A stretch of 64,000 nucleotides of DNA, taken from NCBI GenBank assembly GCA_027021705.1, contig JALUTT010000145.1, positions 64,001-128,000 on the forward strand. Reading direction: 5' to 3'. Shown here one piece after another: positions 9,624-19,490 of the stretch. The position numbers and the translations under genes were made by a program. The number at the start of each line of letters is the position of its first letter. Position 1 is the stretch's first letter. This DNA comes from Anaerolineae bacterium. Its GTDB lineage: Bacteria; Chloroflexota; Anaerolineae; S140-20. The notes beneath the pieces are model-generated. The model was not told the origin of the DNA. It ran no database searches and worked only from the letters and a program-made list of their open reading frames with translations.

Positions 9624-10790
9624 CTACCGCTTTCGGAGACGGGCCAGCCGGCGGGTAGCCTCCCGAAGGGTGCTCTCCCGTTTGGCGAAGGTGAAGCGTA
9701 CCGTCTGAGCGCCGTCGGCCGGCCGGTGGTAGAAGCTGGAGCCGGGGACGACGGCCACACCGATCTCCCTCACCAGGTGGGTGGCGAAGGCCCAATCGTC
9801 GGCGAAGCCGAAGGGCGTGATCTCGGCCATCACGTAGTAGGCCCCCTGGGGTGGGGTGAAGGGGAACCCGGTCGCCTCCAACGCCTCCAGCAGGATCGCC
9901 CGCCGACGGTGGTAGTCGGCCCTGAGCTGGTCGTAGTAGGTCGGTGGGAGCCTCAGCGCGGTGATGCCGGCCACCTGAAAGGGGGTGGGGGCGCAGATGG
10001 TCAGGTAGTCGTGGGCCTTGCGGATGAGGGCGGTGAGGGATGGGGCCGCCACCGTCCAGCCCACCCGCCATCCGGTCACCGCGTAGCTTTTCCCCAGTCC
10101 GCTCACCGTCACCGTGCGTTCGGCCATGCTCGGCAGCGTGGCCAGGCTGATGTGACGGTGCTCCCCGTAGGTGATGTACTCGTAGATCTCGTCCACCACG
10201 GCGATCACGTTCCGCCGGACGCAGAAGTCGGCGATGGCGGCCAGCTCCTCTCGGCGGAAGACACGACCTGTCGGGTTGTCGGGGTTGGTCAGCAGGAGCA
10301 GCCGGGTGCGGGGGCTCCAGGCTGCCTCCAGCTCCTCGGGATCGAGGGTGTAGGCCGGGGGGCGCAGGGAGACGTAGCGAGGGATGAGGCCGGCCATCAG
10401 ACAGGCCGGGACGTAGTTCTCGTAGTAGGGCTCCAGGATGATCGCCTCGTCGCCGGGGTCGCTCAGGGCCAGGACGGCGGCAACCACCCCTTCGGAGACG
10501 CCACAGGTAACGGTGACCTCTTGCTCCGGATCCACCTCCAGATCGTTGTCCCGGCGGTACTTCTCGGCGATGGCGGCCCGGAAGCGGGGGTCTCCCCAGG
10601 TGAAGCTGTACTGGTTGGCTCCCTGCCGAAGGGCCTCGATGGCAGCGGCCCGGACGGGCTCCGGTGGGTCGAAGTCGGGCAGCCCCTGGGAGAGGTTGAC
10701 GGCGGCGTGCTCCTCGGCCAGCCGGGTCATCTCCCGGATGACCGATTCGATGAAGGGCTGGGTACGGGCGGCGAGGGGCGGTGGGGTCAT
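9624..10790 (-). CDS. PLP-dependent aminotransferase class I/II
   Basis: NLSQGLPDF, NPDNPTG, DEIYE, SGLGKSYAVTGWRVG. Start MTPPPL overlaps the upstream stop. Confidence 0.95.
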   Translation of the reverse strand: MTPPPLAARTQPFIESVIREMTRLAEEHAAVNLSQGLPDFDPPEPVRAAAIEALRQGANQYSFTWGDPRFRAAIAEKYRRDNDLEVDPEQEVTVTCGVSEGVVAAVLALSDPGDEAIILEPYYENYVPACLMAGLIPRYVSLRPPAYTLDPEELEAAWSPRTRLLLLTNPDNPTGRVFRREELAAIADFCVRRNVIAVVDEIYEYITYGEHRHISLATLPSMAERTVTVSGLGKSYAVTGWRVGWTVAAPSLTALIRKAHDYLTICAPTPFQVAGITALRLPPTYYDQLRADYHRRRAILLEALEATGFPFTPPQGAYYVMAEITPFGFADDWAFATHLVREIGVAVVPGSSFYHRPADGAQTVRFTFAKRESTLREATRRLARLRKR

Positions 10791-11803
10791 CGGTGGAACG
10801 CTTCCACGGTCTGTCGCCAGAAGGCGTCGTCCTGGCCGGGGACGAAGGGAAGGTAGTAGGCGACACGGTCCAGCAGGCCCTGATAGCGGGCCTGGACCTG
10901 TTCGGCCAGGGCCTCGGGCGGGGCGATGACGGCGAAGCTCTCCAGCATCTCGTCGCTGATGAGGGCCGGCATCTCGCCCCATCGCTGCCGTGCCGCCAGC
11001 CGGGAGAGCTGTTCTCCGACCTCCCCCCAACCGTGCACCTCCAGCACAGGGCGGTAGGAGGGGGTGGAGGCGTAGAAGGCGATCTGGGCGCGGACCTCCT
11101 CCCGGCGGCGGACCATTTCTTCCTCGTCCCGGCCGGTGATGACGAAAATGGAACTGGTCAGGGCGATCTCCTCGCGGCGGCGACCGGTCCGGGTCAGGCC
11201 CTCCTCGATGGCCGGCAGGATTCGCTCCCGCAGGTAGCGCACCGAGTGGTAGGGGTGGACGTGGAAGCCGTCGGCCAACTCGCCGGCCAGCCGACAGAGA
11301 TGGCGGTTGGTGCCGGCGATGTAGATGGGGATGCGAGGATGGGGGATGGGGCCGGGGTTGAAGAAGGGGCTCATCAGCGTGAGCTTGTAGAAGCGCCCTC
11401 GGTAGTTGAGGCGCGTTCCCTCCTGCCAACAGCGCCAGACGGCCCGGATCGCCTCAATGACCTCGCGTAGCCGTGGAGCGGGGGCCTCCCAAGGCATCCC
11501 GAAGCGGCGTTCGATGTGGGCCTTGACCTGGGTGCCCAATCCCAGGATGAAGCGGCCTTCGGAGAGGGCGGCCAGGTCCCAGGCGGTGTAGGCGATCTCG
11601 GTGGGGCTGCGGGTGAAGGCCAGGGCGATGGCCGTTCCCAGCTCGATGCGTCGGGTCGCCTGGGCGGCCAGGGCCAGCAGCAGGAAGGGATCGTGGGTGG
11701 TCTGGGGCACCCAGAGGCCATCAAAGCCCAGCGCTTCGGCGGCTTGGGCGATGGCCGGGACCTCCTGGGGACGTTGAACGTTCAGGATGGCATCAATTTT
11801 CAT
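10787..11803 (-). CDS. LLM-class F420-dependent oxidoreductase (TIGR03617-like)
   Basis: HDPFL, GRFILGLGTQVKAHIERRF, LTLMSPFFNPGP, QIAFYASTPSY. Start MKIDAIL. Confidence 0.9.
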   Translation of the reverse strand: MKIDAILNVQRPQEVPAIAQAAEALGFDGLWVPQTTHDPFLLLALAAQATRRIELGTAIALAFTRSPTEIAYTAWDLAALSEGRFILGLGTQVKAHIERRFGMPWEAPAPRLREVIEAIRAVWRCWQEGTRLNYRGRFYKLTLMSPFFNPGPIPHPRIPIYIAGTNRHLCRLAGELADGFHVHPYHSVRYLRERILPAIEEGLTRTGRRREEIALTSSIFVITGRDEEEMVRRREEVRAQIAFYASTPSYRPVLEVHGWGEVGEQLSRLAARQRWGEMPALISDEMLESFAVIAPPEALAEQVQARYQGLLDRVAYYLPFVPGQDDAFWRQTVEAFHR

Positions 11804-11822
11804 TGCGGTGTGTCGTTGGGGA

Positions 11823-12512
11823 TTATGGGTCCGGCAGGAAACGGGTTTGGGCGTAGATGAGATCGTCCCGATCCTCCCGGATGAAGACGACATCTATGTA
11901 GACCCAATAGCCGGGTGGGGCATCACCGATGTTCATCGTGCAGGCGGCTACCCCGTCAATGTTGGTGAAGGTCCGGCAGTAGTCGGTGCGTCCTGTTGGA
12001 TAGCGCCAGGTCATCCCGACCTGGGTGTAGCGGGCCGGCTTCCCCTCCAGGTAGAGGCTGGCGTAGGCGGTGATCGTCTCCCCAGGGGCCGGCCACCAGT
12101 TGTCCACCCAAGCCCAGGCGCTGATAGGGGCCAGGGTCGCGCGGGGGCGGGGGGTTGCCGTGGGCCGGGGCGTCGGCGTGGCCGTCGGGGGTGGGGTCGG
12201 TGAGGGGAGAGGGGACTGGAAGGGTGTAGCCGTCGGTGTGGCCGTTGGCGTAGGCGTCTTCGTCGGTGTGGGTGAGGGGGACAGGGTGGCTGTTGCTGTC
12301 GCCGTAGGGGTCGTCGTTGCCGTCGGGGTGATGGTGGGAGAGGTCTGGAGCGCCGCCTTCGCCTTCGAAGGCACGACCGGAGGCGCTGCCTGGATGGCAG
12401 TTCCCCAAGCCAATAACACACAGGCCAGCAGCGCGAGAAAGAGGCCCGTGACCAGCATCAGCAGGAAAAGGCGGAGCTGAGGGCGGATGGGATGGGCGTA
12501 GGCGTCCATCAT
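11823..12512 (-). CDS. Membrane-anchored or secreted protein with Pro/Thr-rich linker and small C-terminal beta domain
   Basis: N-terminal hydrophobic helix, long TP/TA repeats, C-terminal domain with two Cys. Confidence 0.7.
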   Translation of the reverse strand: MMDAYAHPIRPQLRLFLLMLVTGLFLALLACVLLAWGTAIQAAPPVVPSKAKAALQTSPTITPTATTTPTATATATLSPSPTPTKTPTPTATPTATPFQSPLPSPTPPPTATPTPRPTATPRPRATLAPISAWAWVDNWWPAPGETITAYASLYLEGKPARYTQVGMTWRYPTGRTDYCRTFTNIDGVAACTMNIGDAPPGYWVYIDVVFIREDRDDLIYAQTRFLPDP

Positions 12513-12556
12513 CAGTATCCTCGGAAAGGGCTGACATCGGGAGCGATACACCGCTC

Positions 12557-12674
12557 GTGTTCACCCTCCCGCGGGTTAGGCGCGTTTCCGACGCGAAACC
12601 GCGCTTCAAATAGCCCATCGGGGCTGAAAGCGCCTTCGACCGGTAACCTGCAGGAGGGGAGGCTGAATAGATAC
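12557..12674 (+). mobile_element. MITE-1 copy A (118 bp, 4-bp deletion at left end)
   Basis: Perfect 8-bp TSD CACCGCTC (12549-12556 and 12675-12682). Same sequence as copies B-F. Confidence 0.92.
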
Positions 12675-12682
12675 CACCGCTC

Positions 12683-12710
12683 ATTTTAGCACAGTTTGGG
12701 GGGAAGGCAA
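12683..12710 (-). promoter_or_regulatory. sigma70 promoter abutting the MITE-1 A target site
   Basis: TTGCCT-16bp-TAAAAT with TG extension. Confidence 0.65.
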
Positions 12711-12942
12711 GGGAGCGTCGAGTTCTCAAAGCAGGCTTTCCCGACCGCGGGTGCCAACCGTGTACGGGTTCGCCATCGGTTGGGCGGGGTAGAGGCTCAC
12801 GCCGGGCCGGGGGTTCCAGGGCTGCGGGAAGCTTTGCAGCCCCGGAACCCCTGTTTCAAAATGGCGTCGGGGTCGCAGATCCTCGGAGATGCCCGGATGC
12901 TTCACCTGCGCCCGAACTCGACCTCCGCCGTCCGTCCCCCGA

Positions 12943-14790
12943 TCAGGGGTTCTTGAGGGTGACGGGTAGGTAGACCCGTCGCGTCTCACCCAGCACGGCG
13001 AAGAGAGAGAGATGGCTGAGGGGAGCCGTCACCGTGTTGTCGGCAGCATCCACCACGCTGCCGGCCTCTTTTGTCCACTGGCTCCCCGTCCAGTAGTAGA
13101 GCGCCAACGTGCTCTCGATGGCCGGCCCTTTTTCCTCGTCGTTGTAGGAGATGGTGATGGTGTAGCTCTTCCCGGAGGCGGGTTGGGCGGGGAGGCCCGT
13201 GGCCTCATAGACGGCCTCGATGTCGAAGAAGCGGTCTATGCCGGTTAGGTCGCTCCCCGGCGACGGAGCGTTCTCGGATGCACGGGCTGTGCAGGTCACC
13301 ACCGCCGTGTCGGTGAAGGTGTTCGGCGGGAAGTCCAGGACGATGCCGGAGGCTGCCAGCAGCCCGCCGGAGGTCGGGATGGTCATCGCCACGGGGCTTC
13401 GGACCTGCCTGTCGCGGACAAAGATGTCCCGCTGGTTATTGGTGTCGCCTGAGACCAGGTTGCTGGCGTCGGATCCGAAAGCGACATAGTGGCCGTCGGC
13501 CGACACTGAGGGATTCCAACTGTCACCGTAGGCCTCGGTTCCATCGGAAGCGATAGAGACACAGGCGGTTTGGTTGGTTGACCGGTCCCGGACGAAGACG
13601 TGTCGGGCGGCATAGCTGCAGGTCGAGTCCAGATCGTAGGCGTTCGACACGAAGGCGATAAACCGACCGTTGAAGGAGATGGATGGGGCCTCGCTGAACC
13701 CGTCCCCTTCCGAGCCGCTGGAGGAGACGGAGATGCGGGTGGTAGTTCCACCCCTCCAGTCGCGGAGAAAGATGTCCGCGTATCCGTTGGTGTCGGAGGA
13801 GACCAGGTTGGTGGCAGAGGAGGCGAAGGCCACGTAGCGCCCATCGGCCGAGATGGAAGCGCTCGTGCTGTTGCCGTTGCCCTCCGTCCCGTCGGAGGCG
13901 ACGCTGATGCGGATGGTGCTGATTCCTCCCGGCTCGTCGAAGACCCCATCCTCATCGGCATCCCGGTCGTGGAGGAAGATGTCGGTCTGGGAATTGGTGT
14001 CTCCGGTGACCAGGTTGTCGGCGCCGGACTCGAAGACGACGAAACGGCCATCGGCGGAGATGTCGGGGTAGTAGCTGTCGCCGTTCGCCTGGGTGCCGTC
14101 GGAGGCGACGCTGACGCGGACGGTGCTCACCTTCCCCGACTCGTCGAAGACGCCATTCCCATCGGTATCCCGGTCGTGGACAAAGATGTCGCAGGCGCTG
14201 TTGGTATCCGAAGCGACCAGGTTTGTGGCGCAGGACCAGAAGGCCACGAAGCGGCCGTCGGCGGAGATGGCGGGGTCGTTGGAGCCTCCGTATTGGCCCT
14301 GGGAGCCATCGCTGGCCACACTGACCCGGACGGTCTTGCCGAGTTCTCTGTCGCGCACGAACACATCCACCCAGTTGTTGGTGTCTCCGCTCACCAGGTT
14401 GGTGGCGTAGGAGGCAAAGGCCACGAAGCGGCCATCGGCGGAGATGGCGGGGGCGTAGCTGTGCCCGTTGGCCTCACTCCCGTCGCTGGCCACGCTGACC
14501 CGGCTGAGGGAGCGCATCGCCCGGTCGTAGACGAAGATGTCGTCCCGGCCGTTGTTGTCACCGAGGACGAGGTTGGTGGCATTGGACGCGAAAGCGACGA
14601 AGCGGCTGTTGGCGGAGATGGCGGGGAAGGAGCTGCCCCCGTTGGCCTCCTCGCTGTAGAGCCCAAGGGAGATGCGCTGGGTCGCACCGCCCGATTGAGC
14701 CCCTGCGTCCTTCGGCGGGCTGCCGAGAGCCCCCACCATCAGGCTCGCGGACAGCAAGCAGACGACAAGTATCGTGGTATGGGGTTTCAT
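12943..14790 (-). CDS. Secreted TolB/PD40-like beta-propeller repeat protein with Chloroflexi-type C-terminal YLP motif
   Basis: Signal peptide; about 7 repeats of PAISADGRFVAF.S.ATNLV.GDTN...DIFV.D; ends RRVYLPVTLKNP. SD AAGGAG lies before ATG 14790. Confidence 0.88.
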   Translation of the reverse strand: MKPHTTILVVCLLSASLMVGALGSPPKDAGAQSGGATQRISLGLYSEEANGGSSFPAISANSRFVAFASNATNLVLGDNNGRDDIFVYDRAMRSLSRVSVASDGSEANGHSYAPAISADGRFVAFASYATNLVSGDTNNWVDVFVRDRELGKTVRVSVASDGSQGQYGGSNDPAISADGRFVAFWSCATNLVASDTNSACDIFVHDRDTDGNGVFDESGKVSTVRVSVASDGTQANGDSYYPDISADGRFVVFESGADNLVTGDTNSQTDIFLHDRDADEDGVFDEPGGISTIRISVASDGTEGNGNSTSASISADGRYVAFASSATNLVSSDTNGYADIFLRDWRGGTTTRISVSSSGSEGDGFSEAPSISFNGRFIAFVSNAYDLDSTCSYAARHVFVRDRSTNQTACVSIASDGTEAYGDSWNPSVSADGHYVAFGSDASNLVSGDTNNQRDIFVRDRQVRSPVAMTIPTSGGLLAASGIVLDFPPNTFTDTAVVTCTARASENAPSPGSDLTGIDRFFDIEAVYEATGLPAQPASGKSYTITISYNDEEKGPAIESTLALYYWTGSQWTKEAGSVVDAADNTVTAPLSHLSLFAVLGETRRVYLPVTLKNP

Positions 14791-14962
14791 TGTTGGCTCC
14801 TTTGGTAGGCTCTGCTGGTCAAGCCAGCCAGATCCGCGACGCACTCCGTGACGGTGTGCGTTGGGGTATCGTCGCTTTTCCGGCTGCCTCATCGGGCAGT
14901 CCGTAAGGACGACAACTCCCGGACGGGGGCCCTGCATCTATGTGGCTTGTTAAGGTGTTCTT

Positions 14963-15679
14963 CTACCCTCCTTCTGGATGTGAATCGGGGGCCGATCCGA
15001 GGAGGCCCAGGGCGGTCAGTGCTTCGATCACCGGCGGAGGGTGCCAGAGCCAGGCGACCTTCAGCCAGAAGCCGGTCAGGATGGCGGAGCGGTAGACGCC
15101 TTCGGCGTCGGGAGGGACGAGGCGATAGCGGCCCCGGTCGTCCAACCGGTAGAACTCGGCCCGCTCGGTGAGGGGGTCAATGAGCCAGTACTCGGGGATG
15201 CCGGCCTCTTCGTACTCGTAAAACTTCTCGCCTCGGTCGCGCCCCACGCTTTCGGGGGAGACGATCTCGACGGCCAAGTCGGCGGGGCCGTCGAGGTAGG
15301 TCGTCTTCAGCCGGTCCAGATGGTCTTTGGCAACGAAGATCAGGTCGGGCTCCCGCCCTGAGCGGGAGAGCTTCATCTGAAAGGGTGCGCTGAGCACCAC
15401 CCCCAGGTCCCGGTGTTCCACGAAGAGGCGTGTCAAGACGAGGAGGAAGTCGGCGATCTCCTGATGACGCTTTGAGGCCGGGCTGTAGGTGATGACCTTG
15501 CCGTCCACCCATTCGGCCAGGGTGTCCTCGTCGGCCCATTCCAGGAAGGCCTCGTAGCTCATCCGCCGCTCCTGGGGTGGCGCGAGGAGCAGCTCGATCA
15601 GCTCCCGACGCAGTTCGTCGGTAAGCACTCCCGGCTCCCGCAGCAGGGCCAGCGCCTTTTCCCCTTGGGTTGCCATCAT
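14963..15679 (-). CDS. Uma2 (DUF820) family PD-(D/E)xK endonuclease
   Basis: REPDLIFV, GPADLAVEIVSPES, RDRGEKFYEYEEAGIPEYWLIDP. Confidence 0.93.
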   Translation of the reverse strand: MMATQGEKALALLREPGVLTDELRRELIELLLAPPQERRMSYEAFLEWADEDTLAEWVDGKVITYSPASKRHQEIADFLLVLTRLFVEHRDLGVVLSAPFQMKLSRSGREPDLIFVAKDHLDRLKTTYLDGPADLAVEIVSPESVGRDRGEKFYEYEEAGIPEYWLIDPLTERAEFYRLDDRGRYRLVPPDAEGVYRSAILTGFWLKVAWLWHPPPVIEALTALGLLGSAPDSHPEGG

Positions 15680-15768
15680 CCAGACCTCCTGGGCGACGGA
15701 CCATTGTCGCCGGGCGATCTGCAGGTCGGCTCTCCACCAGAAGCGGAAGGCTACACCTCTCAGAGGGA

Positions 15769-15797
15769 ATTATAGAATGAAAAGGCAATCCCGACAA
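15769..15797 (-). promoter_or_regulatory. sigma70 promoter for the Uma2 gene
   Basis: TTGTCG-17bp-TATAAT. Confidence 0.7.
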
Positions 15798-15839
15798 AGG
15801 GGTGATTCCCTATGAGTCGTCGTTGTGGCAAGCCGTCCA

Positions 15840-16928
15840 CTACCAGAGGAGATGACGGTTGCCGATGTGGACGTGGCGCAGGCCGGCCGCTCGGGCGGCT
15901 TCCTCTGCCTCCTCGGCGTGGCGTCGGGGGGTGCGGGGCAGGTCGGGCATGACGAAGTGGGGAGCGAAGGCGAGCAGGGAGTAGGGGATCTCCGGGTTGA
16001 TCTCGGCGATGAAGCGGGCGATGCGGCCTACCTCCTCCGGTGTCACGTAGCCGGGCACCAGGAGCGTGCTCGCCACCACCAGGGGGGGCTCCGGGCGCTC
16101 GGAGAAGCGGGCAGCAGCCCGGGCGAAGTTCTCCAGCGTCTGACGATTGCTCCCTCCGGTGAGGGCGGTGTGGAGCCCCTCGTCGTAGGCTTTCAGGTCG
16201 AACTTGACGATGCCCCCGGTCTCCAAGGAGAGCTGGACGGCCCGGTCCATCAGGCGGGGATGGGCGGTGCCGGCCGTCTCCCAGCAGACGACGACCCCCT
16301 TCTCCGCCAGCAGCTTGGCGGAGGCCAGGGCGTGGGGCATCTGACTGGCAGGGTCGCCGCCGAAGTAGCAGACGCAGTAGGTGCGGGGATTGGCAACCTC
16401 GGCCAACTGGCGGGCGCTCATCATCTCGGAACGGACGGGATCGGCCTCCCGGTAGTGCCAGTTCTGGCAGAAGAGGCAGTCGAGGACGCAACTGGCGTAG
16501 AAGACGGCCAGGTTGTGGTAGCCCCGCATCCGATGGCCGGAGCAGACCCAATCGGCGACGCAGTTGGTGGGGAGCGGATCGCGATACCAGTGCAGGAGGC
16601 CACGCCGGGGGGTGCCGGCCAGGTGAACCAGCCGGCCCCCCCGGACGGTTCGCAGGCCGCAGAACCCCCGCTCCCCTTCGCCGATCCGACAGTCCTGAAC
16701 ACAAAGGCCGCACCGCACCCCATTCTCGGTTCGAGGAGGCGCTTGGGGCAGATCGAAGAGGCGGCGGGCAGCGGCGTGGGCAGCCCTGGCCCGGGTCAGG
16801 GCCTCTTGGGGGTGCTCCAGGATGCAGGCCCGGCAGAGGCCCAGGTAGGCGGCGATGGAGGGGGAGGTGCGTCCGCAGAGGTGGCAGCGCTGCTCATCTT
16901 CGATCGGCTCTGGAGGGATGCGCCACAT
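15840..16928 (-). CDS. Radical SAM protein (PFL-activating enzyme / AmmeMemoRadiSam-like) with N-terminal Cys clusters
   Basis: CVLDCLFCQNW (CxxxCxxC), YFGGDP, extra CxxC pairs. Start could also be GTG 16946. Confidence 0.9.
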   Translation of the reverse strand: MWRIPPEPIEDEQRCHLCGRTSPSIAAYLGLCRACILEHPQEALTRARAAHAAARRLFDLPQAPPRTENGVRCGLCVQDCRIGEGERGFCGLRTVRGGRLVHLAGTPRRGLLHWYRDPLPTNCVADWVCSGHRMRGYHNLAVFYASCVLDCLFCQNWHYREADPVRSEMMSARQLAEVANPRTYCVCYFGGDPASQMPHALASAKLLAEKGVVVCWETAGTAHPRLMDRAVQLSLETGGIVKFDLKAYDEGLHTALTGGSNRQTLENFARAAARFSERPEPPLVVASTLLVPGYVTPEEVGRIARFIAEINPEIPYSLLAFAPHFVMPDLPRTPRRHAEEAEEAARAAGLRHVHIGNRHLLW

Positions 16929-16948
16929 CGCTCTCCCCTGGATCACCT

Positions 16949-17191
16949 TCAGGGCAGGGTGCCCATCTCTTCGCCGACGATGGCCCTGCCCTTCTCGGTG
17001 ATCCCGTAGACGGGCGTGGCCAGGCTTTTGCGCACCAGCCCGGCCGCTGCCATCCGCTCCAGGGCAGCGGCGACGGTTCGGCCATCGGCACCGATATGGC
17101 GTCCGATCTCGTAGGGGCTGTGGTAGCCCCGATGCTGGTGCATGTAGTCCAGGATCAGCAGGTCCAGGTCGGAAAGCTCCAGCTCAGCCAT
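16949..17191 (-). CDS. Small winged-helix protein
   Basis: 80 aa with ILDYM...SPYEIGRHIG....TVAAALERM...GLV...YGITEKG pattern and a strong SD AAAGGAGG. Confidence 0.7.
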   Translation of the reverse strand: MAELELSDLDLLILDYMHQHRGYHSPYEIGRHIGADGRTVAAALERMAAAGLVRKSLATPVYGITEKGRAIVGEEMGTLP

Positions 17192-17351
17192 TGTCGTGCC
17201 TCCTTTCCGGGGCGGTGGTGCCGCCCTTCACAGTCTGGAGGTAGGATGGAGGCCGGGTTGAGGCGGTTTCCCAGGATCTGATCTCAACGCCGCCCCTGTG
17301 CCCTGCTGCTCAGTCCGACCTGGAGGCCGTTGGCTGGAGAGGCCGTCCGGC

Positions 17352-18455
17352 CTACTCCAGCGCCTCCCATCGGCCGGCCAGCCGTTCCATCACCTGGGGC
17401 ATGGTCGTGTACTCCATCTCCTCCATCGGGAGGCGGTGAGGCTCGAAGGGGCCGTGGCGGCGCAGGTGGTCAGCAATGAGGTTGCAGAGGCGACGCGCCT
17501 CGTCGAAGCTGGGATCGTCGAACATATCCCGGGGGCCAACGAGCCGCCCATCGGCGATCTGAAAGCCCAGGCCGACGACCCGAGGGGGGCCGTCGAAGCG
17601 GCTGGGGTTGGCCTCCCGGACGGAGACGGGCATCAGCGGACCATGGTGGGAGCCCCGCATCCATCCCTCGACGATGTGAGGCGTCGCGAAGGGCTCTAGA
17701 ACCTCGCCCACCGCCGGGAACTGGGACTGGGTACGGACGATGCAGACGGGATCGTCCTTGCCCACGTAGCGGCCGGCGATGAGGGAGAGCCGCTCTGTGG
17801 AAGAGACGGCTGCGATCTCGTTGTCCTTCTTGGTGTAGACCGCCTTGATGGCGTAACGGCTCGGTGCTCCGATGAAGACCAACAGGTCGTAGGACTCCTC
17901 GGGGGTGTCGAAGAAGATGCGGCGGTGTTCCTTCACGTCGTGGACTTCAAAGCGGAAGCCATCGTGCAGGGCGGGCGAGATGACCAGGCCGGCGGTGTTG
18001 AAGGGATCGGCGAAGATCTTGTACAGGGGGAGGTTCCAGGCACCGGCCGAGGTCTTGTCGGCCATAAAGATCAGCACAGGCTCCGCTTTGCGCTCCACAA
18101 AGCTCATCTCGGCCACCCCCGGTCCCATCCCTCGGATGTTGCCGGAGAAGGCGTCGCTCAACAGGTCTTGTCCGGCTCCGTAGAGCTTCAGGTCCCTGGC
18201 CACCTGAGTGCAGCGTTCAAAGACCTCCCAGGCCAGGCCGTGGATCGTGGCGTTGTCGGTCCCCTGGGTGTGGGTCATGATGAGCTGCAGGTCGTCACCG
18301 CAGTGGGTCACGTAGAAGTCTACAATGGTGCCCTTCCGCTGCGCTTGCTCCAGTTGCTCCCGAGATGCTTCCTCCAGATTGGGGTGGATGCTGGAATGGC
18401 CAACGTAGCCGCCGATGTCGGCTTTGATGACGCTGAGGGTGATTTCCTGAGCCAT
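17352..18455 (-). CDS. fbp: Bifunctional fructose-1,6-bisphosphate aldolase/phosphatase (class V)
   Basis: LSVIKADIGG, GDDLQL, LYGAGQDLL, DPFNTAGL, YVGKDDP (Schiff-base Lys), GWMRGSHHGPLMP, FDGPPRV. Confidence 0.97.
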   Translation of the reverse strand: MAQEITLSVIKADIGGYVGHSSIHPNLEEASREQLEQAQRKGTIVDFYVTHCGDDLQLIMTHTQGTDNATIHGLAWEVFERCTQVARDLKLYGAGQDLLSDAFSGNIRGMGPGVAEMSFVERKAEPVLIFMADKTSAGAWNLPLYKIFADPFNTAGLVISPALHDGFRFEVHDVKEHRRIFFDTPEESYDLLVFIGAPSRYAIKAVYTKKDNEIAAVSSTERLSLIAGRYVGKDDPVCIVRTQSQFPAVGEVLEPFATPHIVEGWMRGSHHGPLMPVSVREANPSRFDGPPRVVGLGFQIADGRLVGPRDMFDDPSFDEARRLCNLIADHLRRHGPFEPHRLPMEEMEYTTMPQVMERLAGRWEALE

Positions 18456-18551
18456 AGCAACCTCCTTGCTCTGTTGGGTGGGATGTTGATCGGATCACTC
18501 ACAGGCCTGGGCCTGCCTGTTGCTGTGGCGGGAGGGTCGTGTCGTGGGCGG

Positions 18552-19490
18552 TCAGCGGAAGAGAGCACTCACGGAGCGCTCTTCGTGGATGCGGCGGATC
18601 GCTTCAGCGAAGAGAGGAGCGACGCTGAGAACGGTCAGACCGGGCCAGTGCTGATCAGGACGGAGAGGGATGGTGTCGGTCACAACGATCTGTCGAAGGG
18701 GCGACTGACGCAGCCGCTCTGCGGCATCGCCGGCGAAGACGGGGTGGGTGGCGCAGGCGTAGACGGCCCTGGCTCCTCGCGCCAGCAGGATCTCGGTGGT
18801 CTGGAGCAGGGTGCCACCGCTGGAGATCATATCGTCTATGATGATGGCCGTCTTCCCCTCCACGTCCCCGACGATGCCCAGGATGTGCGGTTCGTCAAAG
18901 GCGGGCCGGTGTTTGGTGATGAAGACGACGGGGGTCTCCAGGCGGTGGGCGAAGTCCAAGGCACGGCGCACCCCGCCCGCATCGGGTGCGACAGTGATTG
19001 CATCGTCCAAGCTCAAGTCTCGGAAGTAAGCAGCCATCAGCGGGGTGGCCGGCAGGTTGTCCACGGGGATGTGGAAGAAGCCGGCGATGGCCGGGGCGTG
19101 CAGGTCCAGCGTCAACAGCCGCTCGGCCCCGGCCGTCATCAACAGGTCGGCCACCAGCTTGGCGGTGATCGGCTCTCGCCCGATGGTCATCTTCTCCTGG
19201 CGGGCGTAGCCGTAGTAGGGAACTACTGCCGTGATCCGCCCGGCCGACGAACGGCGCAGGGCGTCTATGAGGATCAGTAGCTCCATCAGGTGCTCGTTCA
19301 CCGGCGGGCAGGTGGGCTGGATGACGAAGGCATCCCGCCCCCGCACATTCTCGCGGATCTGCACCCGCGTCTCCCCATCGGGAAAGCGGTCTACCCGTGC
19401 TTTGCCCAGGGGGACGCCCAGCTCTTCGGCAATGGCTGCGGCAAGAGCGGGGTTGGCATTGCCGGTGAAGAGGACCAGTTCATGGCTCAT
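18552..19490 (-). CDS. prs: Ribose-phosphate pyrophosphokinase
   Basis: FPDGE, PYYGYARQ, DLHA, APDAGG, IIDDMISSGGTL, ATHPVF. Start MSHELV. Confidence 0.96.
   Translation of the reverse strand: MSHELVLFTGNANPALAAAIAEELGVPLGKARVDRFPDGETRVQIRENVRGRDAFVIQPTCPPVNEHLMELLILIDALRRSSAGRITAVVPYYGYARQEKMTIGREPITAKLVADLLMTAGAERLLTLDLHAPAIAGFFHIPVDNLPATPLMAAYFRDLSLDDAITVAPDAGGVRRALDFAHRLETPVVFITKHRPAFDEPHILGIVGDVEGKTAIIIDDMISSGGTLLQTTEILLARGARAVYACATHPVFAGDAAERLRQSPLRQIVVTDTIPLRPDQHWPGLTVLSVAPLFAEAIRRIHEERSVSALFR

Noticed and set aside
12170..12340. Repetitive DNA in the 11823-12512 gene
   Set aside because: Explained by a Pro/Thr-rich protein linker, not a DNA-level repeat element.
13400..14640. Long imperfect direct repeats
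   Set aside because: They are the coding repeats of the beta-propeller blades.
14890..14916. Hammerhead ribozyme (GTCCGTAAGGACGA resembles stem II)
   Set aside because: The CUGAUGA core is absent and GAAA is replaced by GACA.
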